NCBI GenBank assembly: GCA_964016885.1
Contig: OZ024740.1
Location: 170,562,001 to 170,626,000 of the forward strand
From: Eledone cirrhosa
Taxonomy: Eukaryota
Reading direction: 5' to 3'
Length of the DNA: 64,000 bases
Shown here: one piece after another, positions 1-10,465 of the stretch
How positions within the stretch are numbered: the first letter of the stretch is position 1
Layout of the letters: each line of letters opens with the position of its first letter
Translations under genes and position numbers: made by a program
The notes under the pieces: generated by a model
Seen by the model: only the letters and a program-made list of their open reading frames with translations
Told to the model about the DNA's origin: nothing
The model's database searches: none

Positions 1-923
1 TGTACCTATATCTACTTAACGCCATATCAACTATTCTTGTCGATTAATTATTGTTGGCGTGTAAAATAAAGAGAGGATGAATGATTGTAATATATATATA
101 TATATATATAATAAGAATATTTATATTTATATATGTCTGGTATAACTATAAATATGTAAGTACTAGCCGGTTACCGGTATGACAAAAGGCGCAATGCAAC
201 TTCCGGTGTAAACTTTAAAAATTAAGTAACCTAACGGTTTACCAACAGCTTAATAACGGTTAATACAAACCATAGAAAAGATAATTTGTAGATAAAAAAT
301 GCATAAAATAATATACATAAAATAACAACATGGCCAGTAATTCGGCTGAATTTACATTTAACAAACAAACACCTATTGTCTATAAACGACTCAAAATGAT
401 CCCATGGTTAATAGCTGTGAGTAACAAACAACACATACACATACATACGAACTACAACACAAAAACACTTAAATGAAAATTACATACCCAACTCTACCCT
501 GTGCTTTGCATTACACCTTACATAACAAATACCTACATTATCACCACATGCCTCTCTAACAAATTACACACTGTCTTAAACATTTATAACAATTATAACA
601 TGCTTTAACACCCCACACAAAATATGTTTATTTCAACTGCATTATAACTCTTACCTCATACATGCCTTATTGACTGTATTGACTCCTGTATTGTACACCA
701 ATTTTCCTTGCTTATAACTTTTTTTTCCGTGTTTTTTTTGCTTGTGATTTTTAATTATACCTATTACACTTCCAACCAGTGCTGCCTGTAATTGTGTTCT
801 TTCAAGCAGAACATCTTTTTAACTCCTGACTCTCCACATGATGCCTTTGACTCTAATAACAATTATGTATCCTAAATGTTCTAAATGACTAGGATTTTAG
901 TTACATGTTTCAACATACCTGAT

Positions 924-968
924 GCTCCGATGAAACCAGACTTCCCTCTGGAAGAAACAATTGTCAGA
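924..968 (+). ncRNA. Degenerate minimal type I hammerhead ribozyme motif (Penelope-like terminal repeat remnant)
   Basis: CCGATGA (U4->C variant of CUGAUGA), stem II CCAGA/TCTGG, GAAA, palindromic stem III ACAATTGT, GTC cleavage triplet. Stem I is only 2 bp. Confidence 0.45.
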
Positions 969-1005
969 AAATAAATGTTCTAAACTAAAATTTGATCGTT
1001 TTAAC

Positions 1006-1008
<3 letters not shown>

Positions 1009-1051
<43 letters not shown>

Positions 1052-1117
1052 TACATCTGTACATATAAAGAGTTGGTAACCGTGACTGCACAAATATGTA
1101 TCTACACACATACATAC

Positions 1118-1213
<96 letters not shown>

Positions 1214-1226
1214 ATATGTGTATATA

Positions 1227-1304
<78 letters not shown>

Positions 1305-1374
1305 TATATATATATATATATATATATTCATATATATATATATATATATATTCATATATATATATATATATATA

Positions 1375-1414
<40 letters not shown>

Positions 1415-1445
1415 TATACATATATATATATATATACATATATGT
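1009..1445. repeat. Compound (TA)n microsatellite tract
   Basis: Long TA runs with short interruptions; source of the YIYI pseudo-ORFs. Confidence 0.95.
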
Positions 1446-1530
1446 AAAAGGTAAACAGAAATAACAACACAATCGGTACAGTATATGGAAGATATATAAT
1501 AGGTTAACGCTTGATATAGCAGGAAGAGGG

Positions 1531-1566
1531 TCTTAGCGTTTCGGACGTTAGTCCTTCATCAGAAGA
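1531..1566 (-). ncRNA. Degenerate minimal hammerhead ribozyme motif, family shared with 62521-62556
   Basis: Minus strand reads CTGATGA-A-GGAC-TAAC-GTCC-GAAAC-GCTA-AGA. The upstream flank (tatttctcattctttc) matches the copy near 62507. Confidence 0.55.
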
Positions 1567-1721
1567 AAGAATGAGAAATAAAATAGATTGAGGGGACGGG
1601 CGGGATGGAATTTATATATTAATGTAGAGACATGTAATCATGCCACAAATACGAATTTCCTTGTAAAATGAAAACAATTTTAAACATAATAAAAACAATT
1701 ATAAACATATAAAAACAAAAA

Positions 1722-2128
1722 TTTATTTACACCAGCCTCCCCTATTTGGCAGTTTCACAGAGTCGCAGGGTGCGTCTAAAATATCACTCCAATCGCCCAC
1801 TAACTCTAAACAGGGGGACGTTCCAAGAAAGTTCTCCAGGTGCCTGAAGAAATCAGGTCGTTCTGCACCTGTAGAAGCACAAACGGCCACTAGCCTGAAA
1901 GCATGCTCTCCGCTGTTGGTCACTTCCAGAGCCACTTACTTTCCTCTGAGCCCAGCTTTTCCAAAGCAACATAGTAACTCCATCACTAGATCCCGGAAGG
2001 CTTGAAGATGCGTACAGTTTTATATGTGTGCGAAGGCTTATGTCTCGAACATTCTAATCTCACTGATGTCCACCACATTTATGCTCAGTGACGTGAGATC
2101 GTTGAACAGTTGCCTCTGCTTCCAGGCT
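1722..2128 (-). mobile_element. Degraded Tx1-family ORF2 endonuclease fragment
   Basis: Translation AFRLVAVCASTGAERPDFFRHLENFLGTS..LVGDW aligns with the ORF2 N-terminus of elements A/B. Confidence 0.85.
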
Positions 2129-2129
2129 T

Positions 2130-2303
2130 TAGGGAGAGGAGAAAGTCCATTAGATCGACCCCAGTGCCTTACTGGTACTTTAGTTTATCGACCCCGTAAG
2201 CATGAGAGACAAAGCTAGCCTCGGTGGTTTTTCAACATAGAACGTAAATGGCCATGAATTCTATGCTGCAAAGCATGTTGTTTGACGCTCTACCGATACT
2301 GCC
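2130..2303 (-). mobile_element. tRNA-derived SINE copy (family 1)
   Basis: Reverse complement of the tggcagtatcggtagagcgtc head and the ggggtcgataaa..gtaccagt core seen at 29923. Confidence 0.8.
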
Positions 2304-2309
2304 AAAGGA

Positions 2310-3470
2310 AGATAATGACAACAAAACGCAACAATAATACTAACAAGAACACTGCCTCTTCTATTACTAACATCAACACCACCAACACGGCAACAACAAA
2401 TATAACAGAAGCAAACAATAAAAATAACAGTAACTCAGACAACAAAATGGCAAGAAAATGTACAATAATAACTACAACCATAGTATTACTTACTATCAAC
2501 GAGAAAGAAATAAGCTAGGCTAAGTTGATGTTAAAGAGGAGCGTCAGAGATTCAGCCTCAAACCTCCACCCGACGTGTTGGAAAGCATGCATCGTTGTAC
2601 GGTAACATACCGTACAATCGGGTGAAGTGACGCCGGATGGAGTGACCCTCTGATTCCCAGATCCAAAAGGCTTTGGGTTGCGTATGGTAACGAGAAAACA
2701 TATCGCCAGAGGCTGCGAATTTTTGACGGTGGACGCATGTTTTGAAACGCCAGATGAAGCTAGACGACACCCCCTCAAACCCCTCAGAAGCGAAGAGTTC
2801 ACTCTGCTGCCAACGTATTAGGGCCAAAAATTGGTTAAAATACAAATGACCCAGGTATCGCCCGCAATGGATATTCCCTGGCTAGTGGACGCTGTCCTTA
2901 TGGATGCTGAGGACACTACACAAATCCTAGAAATCAAAAAGGCTTTCTGCCCGCCACAAACCACCAAACAAATGAGACCACCCCACCACACTCCTGCCTG
3001 CGCAACAACCCCACATGGACACTAAACCAATCATTGGTTACAACACCAAAAATAGAAGACATATCACTCCTCGACTTGACACAATCGGACTTGGAGGGGG
3101 AGAGTTACAAACTAAAAAAAAAGTGAAAAATAGAGGAAAATAAGGGTGGAGAGGGAAGTGCTGCTTTCTAAACACTTTCTTGAAATATGGGTGACAGAGG
3201 TGAACATGGCCCGAGTGGATGTGCCTGCTATAAGTATGCATAGTATGGAGGGGGCACTTTCCCTGGCGGTCAGGATGGCCGTGGATATTTGATGGCTTTC
3301 TCAATGCGTGACCCTCGGAAGTCCATTTCTTCTATTGGAGAAATTTATATTATTTGAATTTGTTTTACATTTCTTCCTTGTTTTTGTTATATGACATTTT
3401 ACACGCCAAAACCCACACTTTAACGTCCTGTGCCGTTATGTACCATCCTTCATTTTTTCTTCATTATTAT
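2310..3470 (+). mobile_element. Highly degraded, internally deleted Tx1 element (ORF1 pieces joined to ORF2 C-terminus and 3'UTR)
   Basis: VKIQMTQVSPAMDIPWLVDAVL resembles ORF1 VRVKVTQVPPDVPIPWLAASVL. aggaaaataagggtggagagggaagtgctg matches the ORF2 3' end. Confidence 0.75.
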
Positions 3471-3471
3471 A

Positions 3472-3640
3472 TCTGTAGAGTCGGACGCTATGCTTTTCAG
3501 CATAGTTACATCCCTTTACGATCTGAGTTCAAATCCCGCCGAGGTTAACATTGCCTTTCATCCTTACGGGGTCGATAAAATAAAGTACCAGTAATGTACT
3601 GGGGTAATTGCTGGCATTGTGCCAAATGTAGAAACAATTA
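3472..3640 (+). mobile_element. SINE family 1 copy
   Basis: gagttcaaatcccgccgaggttaac...cctttcatccttacggggtcgataaaataaagtaccagt core. Confidence 0.85.
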
Positions 3641-3644
3641 TACC

Positions 3645-4137
3645 TGTCTGGTGGCAATGGCGTGCGAGGTCATGTGATGGACTCGTTTGAAAGGGTTGAC
3701 GACAGCCATTTTCCTCTTCGGCGAATCCCTGATGAACATTTTCAGATTTCACTTGAAGAGGAAAATCAGGGTGGAAAGGGAAGTGCTGCCTTTCAACCAG
3801 TTTTTTGAAAGGTGGGTGAAAGTGGCGAGCATGGTCAGTGTGAATGAGCCTGCCTTCAGCATACGCCTGTTGATTGGAGTAGAAAAACTGGGAGAGGGCA
3901 CTTTGCTTTAGCGGACAGGGTGGTTTTTGTGGGATTTCTACACTAGTGACCCTTAGCGTCTCCTCAACTTTGGAGAATTTGTTATGTTTATTTTAAATAT
4001 TTATTTTCTTAGTCTCTTTTATAAATTTTATTTTAGTCAAAGAAAAACCCACACTGTCCTGTCTCATCATTAATGTCTCCTTAATATGAGCCCTGTGTAG
4101 CTAATAGAGAAATCATTGTTACTATTATTGTTGTTGT
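3645..4137 (+). mobile_element. 5'-truncated Tx1 3' end with TTA/TTG tail
   Basis: FRFHLKRKIRVEREVLP..FFERWV matches the ORF2 C-terminus of A/B, followed by 3'UTR and tail. Confidence 0.85.
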
Positions 4138-4287
4138 TTTCAAATCCCGCCGATGCTAAATTTTCCTTTCATCGTTACGGGGTCAATAAAATAAAGTACC
4201 AGTCATGCACTGAGGTCAATTTAATCGACTTCCTCCTTTCCCCCCAAATTGTTGGATTTCTGCCTATATAAGAAAACATTATTATAG
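4138..4287 (+). mobile_element. SINE family 1 copy (5'-truncated)
   Basis: Same core and 3' end (gcctatataagaaaacattatt) as 29923-30138. Confidence 0.8.
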
Positions 4288-4415
4288 TTTTTTTTTTCCT
4301 TTTCCTTCAGTATTGTTTCTGATATAGCCAAGTGTCTTCCTGAAATCTAGGACAAATAAACTGACTGTATACATTGGTAGGCCAGTCAACACACCACATT
4401 CATTGTAATTTACAG

Positions 4416-4464
<49 letters not shown>

Positions 4465-4520
4465 CTTTTGCACTGGGAGCTGGACCAATGGTCGAACAGG
4501 ACGTCATATATATATATATA

Positions 4521-7160
4521 TGACGTCCTGTTCGACGGTTGGTCCACCTCCCAATGCCAAACTTTGGTATTACTCCCTCCAGGATTTTCCACATGTAGTT
4601 CACTGCGTATCTCTCCCATCTTCATTCCAAGGAGTAGAGGTTCAGTTCCTTTAGCCTCTCCCAGTAGCTTATCTCCTTCATCGTGGCAATCTTCTTGGTG
4701 TAGCTTCGCTGGATTGCCTCAAGCTCCGTGGTTAGTGTGACACTATGGGGTGACCACAACTGGGAGCAGTAGTCCAGGCGGCTTAGGACAAATGTCCTCC
4801 ATAGTGTCAACATGGTATCTCGGTCTCTTGTCCGGAAAGTCCTCAAGATCCATCCAGCGAGTCGTCTGCACATTGTTGCCACTTTCATGATGTGTGAGGA
4901 AAAAGATGCATCATCGCTCATGTCTATGCCCAGGTCTCGTATCGATTTTGACACGGGGATATCGGTCCCTCCCGTTCCTGTATAGTTGTGTTGTAATATA
5001 TTTGTGTTTGCAGGTTTGTTTGGAGGTTTGTATTGTAGGGCTTGGAATTTGCCAGCATTAAACTGCATGTTGTTTTCTTCCGCCCATTATAATATGGCAT
5101 CCAGATCTTGTTGTAAAAAGGCAGCGTCAGCCGGGTTTTTGATTGGCTGTGCTACCTTAGTGTCATCAGCATAGCTAGTGAAGGATGTTGTTGCATGTAC
5201 TACAGAGGGCATGTCTGAGGGAGCCACCAAAAACAGTAGTGGTCCCAGGACTGTCCCCTGGGGCACCCCACTTGTTATTGGTGTTTCCTTCGAGAGGGCC
5301 CCATTTGCTGCGACTGTCTGGCTTCTGTCCTTTAGGAAGCCATGCAGCCACTCACCTACTTTTCCAGTTATGCCGAGTCCGTGTAGTTTGTGATATATCA
5401 TTCCGTGGTCGTCCTCGTCAAAGGCCTTTGCAAAGTCAAGATATATCACGTCCACATGTGAGCTGTCTAGTAGATGTTTCAGTACCCAGTCGTAGTGATG
5501 TAGTAGCTGTGTAAGGCAGCTTCTTCCTTGGTGGAAGCCATGTTGCGTGCTAGTCAGGCGGTCATTTTCCTTGAGGAAAGTGATCAGTTTCTTTCTGACG
5601 ACTCGCTCCATGACCTTACTGATATGCGACGTCAGGGAGACTGGCCTATAGTTTTTGGCCTCCGCTCTACTACCTCCTTTATGGATAGGGCATATTGTGC
5701 CGTCTTTCAGCTCCCTGAGTAGTACACCGCTAGCCAAGGAGCTTCTGAAGAGCATCTTCAGTGGAGTTGCTAAGGCCAGCTTACATGTTTTTAAGAGAAC
5801 TGCTGGGAATCCATCAGGTCCAGCAGCTGAGTCTGTTCTAATTTCATCTATGGCGTACACCACATCCTCCTCCGTTATGTCTATATGGTTGATGGTCGCC
5901 ATTTCTTCATGTAGTGTTGTGGCATCAAAGAACTCCCCTGGCTTCGTTATTTGCATGTGCCTCAATGGACATGTGAACACACTTTTGTACTCTTCGTTCA
6001 GTATTTCACATATCTCTTGGGGGTTTTCGGTTAATGAACCGTCCGTATGGAAGAGTGGCCCAATCTTAGAGTGTACCGAGGCAGTTTCTTTTGCAAATTT
6101 AAAGAAGGCCTTAGGGTTTGTTTTAATGTTTTCTATAGCCCTGTTCACTTTCTTTGCCCTCTCATTTTCAGGGGAAAGTTTGAGTGCAATCTCGGTGCCA
6201 TGTAGCGCACATTTCAAATAGGATTCCTTCTTGTTTTTGTTTTCTTGTTGACTATTCAACTGGTTTGAAAGCTTGGTTCTACGTCTCATAAGGATTTTCC
6301 TATCTCTGGGAATAAGATTTTTGTGTCTGTTTGCCTTTTTCTCCGGGACAAACTTTTTGCATATAGTGTGTATCGTTGTCATGAAGTGTTGAAATTGTGT
6401 GTTAGTGTCTTGTGTGGCGGTGTTTTCACTCCATGTTTGCTTCCGGATTTCTCTCTTAATCTTTTTCCAGTTAGCCTTGTAGAAGTTAATGCTGGATAAC
6501 GTCCCGGAGCTTCTTGGTGGTTTTGTCTCTGGTGGTTCTCTCGGACCACATCATTAGCTCTACTAAGTTATGATGCGAGAGAATTGTTGGTGTCACCTTT
6601 ACATTGTGGATGAGCACTTCGTTGTTTGTAAAACAGAGGTCCAGGACATTTTCGCCTCTTGTTGGGTGGAGTATTGCTTGCTCCATGAACAGCCTGTGTG
6701 TGAGGGCCAGCAGCGATTCCGTCTGTCTCTGTTCTATTGACGTCATTCCAGGGAGGAGGTGGCCCTCAGGCCATTTGACCTTTGGTAGGTTGAAGTCTCC
6801 CAGCAGTAGAATGTTGAGACCCTGGTCCAGTTTGTCAAGGACCTCTTCTATCCTACTTAGGCTATCCACAAATTTACCCTCATGACTGGGGGCATCGGGC
6901 GGCCGATATGTGACACATATTACTGTCTGTAGTTGCTTCATATGTACTATCAGTGTGTCACAGACTGAGTTTGAATGTGTCAACAGTACAATTGGTGTGA
7001 CATCTTCATGGATATACAGAGCAACCCCACCATGAGTTCTCTCCTTCCTGTCCGAACGAAATACAATATATTTCGTTATATGTATTTCTGCATCTGCTAT
7101 ACTGATTGTCAGGTGCGTTTCGGTTAGTGCCATGCATAATGCTTGATTGCTTTCCCAGGT
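4521..7160 (-). mobile_element. CR1-group LINE ORF2 relic (APE endonuclease + reverse transcriptase), disrupted
   Basis: ORFs 6486-7133 (LTETHL, GGVALYI, GDFNLP), 5087-6382 (GPDG, NYRPVSLTS, YLDFAKAFD, SGVPQGTVLGPLLF, YADDTK) and 4622-5068 (RDLGI, LDYCSQLWSP), split by frameshifts or stops. Confidence 0.9.
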
Positions 7161-7213
7161 AGGGAATTTAACTCATGTATATATATATATATTTTACTCA
7201 TATATATATATGT

Positions 7214-7255
<42 letters not shown>

Positions 7256-7473
7256 GTAAGTATGTATGTATACGTACATACATATATGTATACAGACGTA
7301 CAGTAGCATGTATCTATATACATACAGGCACACATATATATATGCACGTATCAGTTTACCGAACATTTATTATAATGCTCGGTTTGTTCGTTTGTAAACA
7401 AACAAACAGCCTGAATTACGCCGTACAGTGTTTAGGCAACCACGTCACCTTTTTGTTCAACACTGACACAGAA

Positions 7474-7516
7474 ACGATGTACTAGTTTCAAGCTTATTAG
7501 CTATCGTCAGCACCGT
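7474..7516 (-). ncRNA. Minimal type I hammerhead ribozyme (inverted copy)
   Basis: Exact reverse complement of 7704-7746. Confidence 0.7.
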
Positions 7517-7703
7517 ATACCTTTCTGCCAGATGGTTGAACGTCTGAAAGTATATACTTTCTGAAAATTATACGTCTGAAAGTATATACTTTATGAAAAT
7601 TAACGACTGAACTCACTCGATATGCAAATTAGGCTGCTCAGCCGTTAATTTTCATAAGGAAAGTATATACTTTCGGACGTTCAACCATCTGGCAGAAAGG
7701 TAT

Positions 7704-7746
7704 ACGGTGCTGACGATAGCTAATAAGCTTGAAACTAGTACATCGT
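7704..7746 (+). ncRNA. Minimal type I hammerhead ribozyme
   Basis: Stem I ACGGTG/CATCGT, core CTGACGA, stem II AGCT-aata-AGCT, GAAA, palindromic stem III ACTAGT. Predicted cleavage after GTA (7740). Confidence 0.7.
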
Positions 7747-8146
7747 TCCTGTGTCAGTGTTGAACAAAAAGGTGACGTGGTTGCCTAAACACTGTACGGC
7801 GTAATTCAGGCTGTTTTGTTTGTTTACAAACGAACAAACCGAGCATTATAATAAATGTTCGGTAAACTGATACGTGCATATATATATGTGTGCCTGTATG
7901 TATATATATACATGCTACTGTACGTCTGTATACATATATGTATGTACGTATACATACATACTTACATTTAAGTAAGTGCCGTCCTAAGAGTGAGAAATGA
8001 AATTTCGTTTCATTCTATTCCATTTATCGTTTTCGGTGCGCCTGGCCGACTGAACTCACTCGATATGCAAATTAGGCTGCTCAGCCGTTAATTTTCATAA
8101 GGAAAGTATATACTTTCGGACGTTCAACTATCTGGCAGAAAGGTAT

Positions 8147-8189
8147 ACGGTGCTGACGATAGCTAATAAGCTTGAAACTAGTACATCGT
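8147..8189 (+). ncRNA. Minimal type I hammerhead ribozyme (tandem copy)
   Basis: Identical to 7704-7746. Predicted cleavage after 8183. Confidence 0.7.
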
Positions 8190-8470
8190 TCCTGTGTCAG
8201 TGTTGAACAAAAAGGTGACGTGGTTGCCTAAACACTGTACGGCGTAATTCAGGCTGTTTGTTTGTTTACAAACGAACAAGCCGAGCATTATAATAAATGT
8301 TCGGTAAACTGATACGTGCATATATATACATGTGTGCCTGTATGTATATATATACATGCTACTGTACGTCTGTATACATATATGTATGTACGTATACATA
8401 CATACTTACATTTAAGTAAGTGCCGTACTAAGAGTGAGAAAAATGAAATTTCGTTTCATTCTATTCCATT

Positions 8471-8515
<45 letters not shown>

Positions 8516-8523
<8 letters not shown>

Positions 8524-8925
8524 AGATCAAAAGATGGTTAAAGGAGTTCCATGTATTTTATTATGCGCATTTCAAAAACAAACATCATCATGCAATAATA
8601 TTTGTGTTTTCATCAGATAAAACAGGAGAACATGATATGAAGGCTAAAAAACACTTGTGGATAGTGCAGTTTTAAATCAACATAACTGCACTATCCACAA
8701 GTGTTTTTTAGCCTTCATATCATGTTCTCCTGTTTTATCTGATGAAAACACAAATATTATTGCATGATGATGTTTGTTTTTGAAATGCGCATAATAAAAT
8801 ACATGGAACTCCTTTAACCATCTTTTGATCTTATATTATGTATACTCCAGTCCTACAAACTGTAGAGTGCCTCTTATCCGATATCTGCATTGCTTTATTG
8901 TACTACAATAAAACTCACCTCCTAC

Positions 8926-8930
<5 letters not shown>
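8516..8930. mobile_element. Penelope pLTR-like remnant with about 155-bp perfect inverted arms
   Basis: Arms 8516-8671 and 8684-8839 with a 12-nt spacer. A related degraded copy with similar inverted layout lies at 37270-37512. Confidence 0.7.
8733..8799 (+). ncRNA. Type I hammerhead ribozyme with long stem II (mirror copy 8556-8622 on minus strand)
   Basis: Stem I TTTTAT/ATAAAA, CTGATGA, long AU/GU stem II, GAAA, palindromic stem III ATGCGCAT. Predicted cleavage after ATA (8793). Confidence 0.7.
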
Positions 8931-9004
<74 letters not shown>

Positions 9005-9045
9005 GTATGTATGTATGTATGTATGTATGTATGTATGTATGTATG

Positions 9046-9107
<62 letters not shown>

Positions 9108-9142
9108 TATATATATACATTTATATATATCTATTTAAGCGT

Positions 9143-9229
9143 GATGTGTTGGTGTAAATGGTAGCACAGTGGTCCAGATAACCAGAGATGTGGGTTCGAC
9201 TCCCATGTACGTCAATACTCATCTTTTTT
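9143..9229 (+). pseudogene. tRNA-like sequence (pseudo-tRNA or SINE head) with Pol III A/B boxes and T-run
   Basis: A box TGGTGTAAATGG, B box GGTTCGACTCC, plausible acceptor, D and T stems. Non-canonical anticodon loop (CCAGATA). T6 run at 9224-9229. Confidence 0.45.
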
Positions 9230-9309
9230 ACATTTCTCCGAGGGGACTTAACCCCACTATCAGGCTAAATAATTTCTTTAGTCAAAATACGGCGATACCT
9301 TATATTTAT

Positions 9310-9346
<37 letters not shown>

Positions 9347-9626
9347 CGCACATACACACATCTGTATATATATATAGACACATTCATACACACACAGACA
9401 CACACACAAACATACATACATACATACATACACACACACACATATATATATATATATACATACAAACACACAGATTCAAATACATACTCATACACATATA
9501 TCCACATACATACACATACATATGTACATATATACATATAAAAGATATCCATTCTCACAGCGATAGTGCTCCTCTCAATACGTGTGCAGTACCAGTCAAA
9601 TCAATTTTTTGCACCTCTTGCAGAGA

Positions 9627-10463
9627 GGGTAAACCCGACGTGCCCATACCTTGGCTGGCCGCGTCTGTACTTGCTGGAATCGAGGAGAAGACCACCGTAC
9701 TGCAAATACAGAGAATGGGAAGAGAGAACTGGTCAGGAATAAGCATGCAAATGCTAATACAAACTGACCAGGAGTGCATCGAGGCCATCCCAGATATCAT
9801 AGTCTTGTACGTACTGGCCCTAGAGCCGTTACTACACAAATTTGAAACGATGAGAGGGGTCCCACGCGAACAAACACGCCCAAATGCTCGGCACCGCTCT
9901 CAAGGAATACGAAACGGTAACAGGAGAAAAGATAAACCAGGAAAAGTCGGTAGGCCTGCAACTCGGCACCTGGAGAGGCAAGTCCATGCTGTCCGACAGC
10001 GTCGTGAGGCGCTGGACGGAAGGACCGGTTAAATTGCTCGGGGTCTGGTCCGTACGGACCTCCAGATGGAGAAAAACTGGAGCGAGGTGACGAGTAGGGT
10101 GGCATCTCTCACCCAGAAATAAACTGAGAGGAGGCTGTCTCTGAAAGGTCGGGCGGAGGTGGCGAATGCGTATATAGTCTCCGTCATCTGCTACCGCCTG
10201 ACCGTCGTACCTTGCCCCCGCCCAACTCTGACCAAAATGGAGCGCCTTCTCTTCCGCTTTTTGTAGAAGGGACGTGCTCTCATGGTCAGACGATCCATTT
10301 GCTGCCAACACCCGTTGCGTGGAGGACTGGGCATGCCGTGGCTGATGATGCGCAAACATGCGCTGAGGCTGCGACATCTCTGGTGTTTCCTTGACGGTGA
10401 ACAGGTGTGGTCGCCATTTGCCAGACGCGCTTTTCCACAGCTCGTCTCCTTGACGGAGCTGCA
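9627..10463 (+). mobile_element. Internally deleted Tx1 element (ORF1 segment fused to RT segments)
   Basis: PDVPIPWLAASVLAGIEEK..QECIEAIPDII (ORF1) runs directly into LYVLALEPLLHK (RT), then into INQEKSVGLQLGTWRG. Confidence 0.85.
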
Positions 10464-10465
10464 AA

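Larger units (their letters stand above)
7254..8473. mobile_element. Non-autonomous hammerhead-bearing repeat: one inverted partial copy plus two tandem direct copies (443-bp period)
   Basis: 7254-7605 is the reverse complement of much of the unit. 7606-8048 and 8049-8473 are near-identical direct repeats. No real ORF. Confidence 0.8.
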
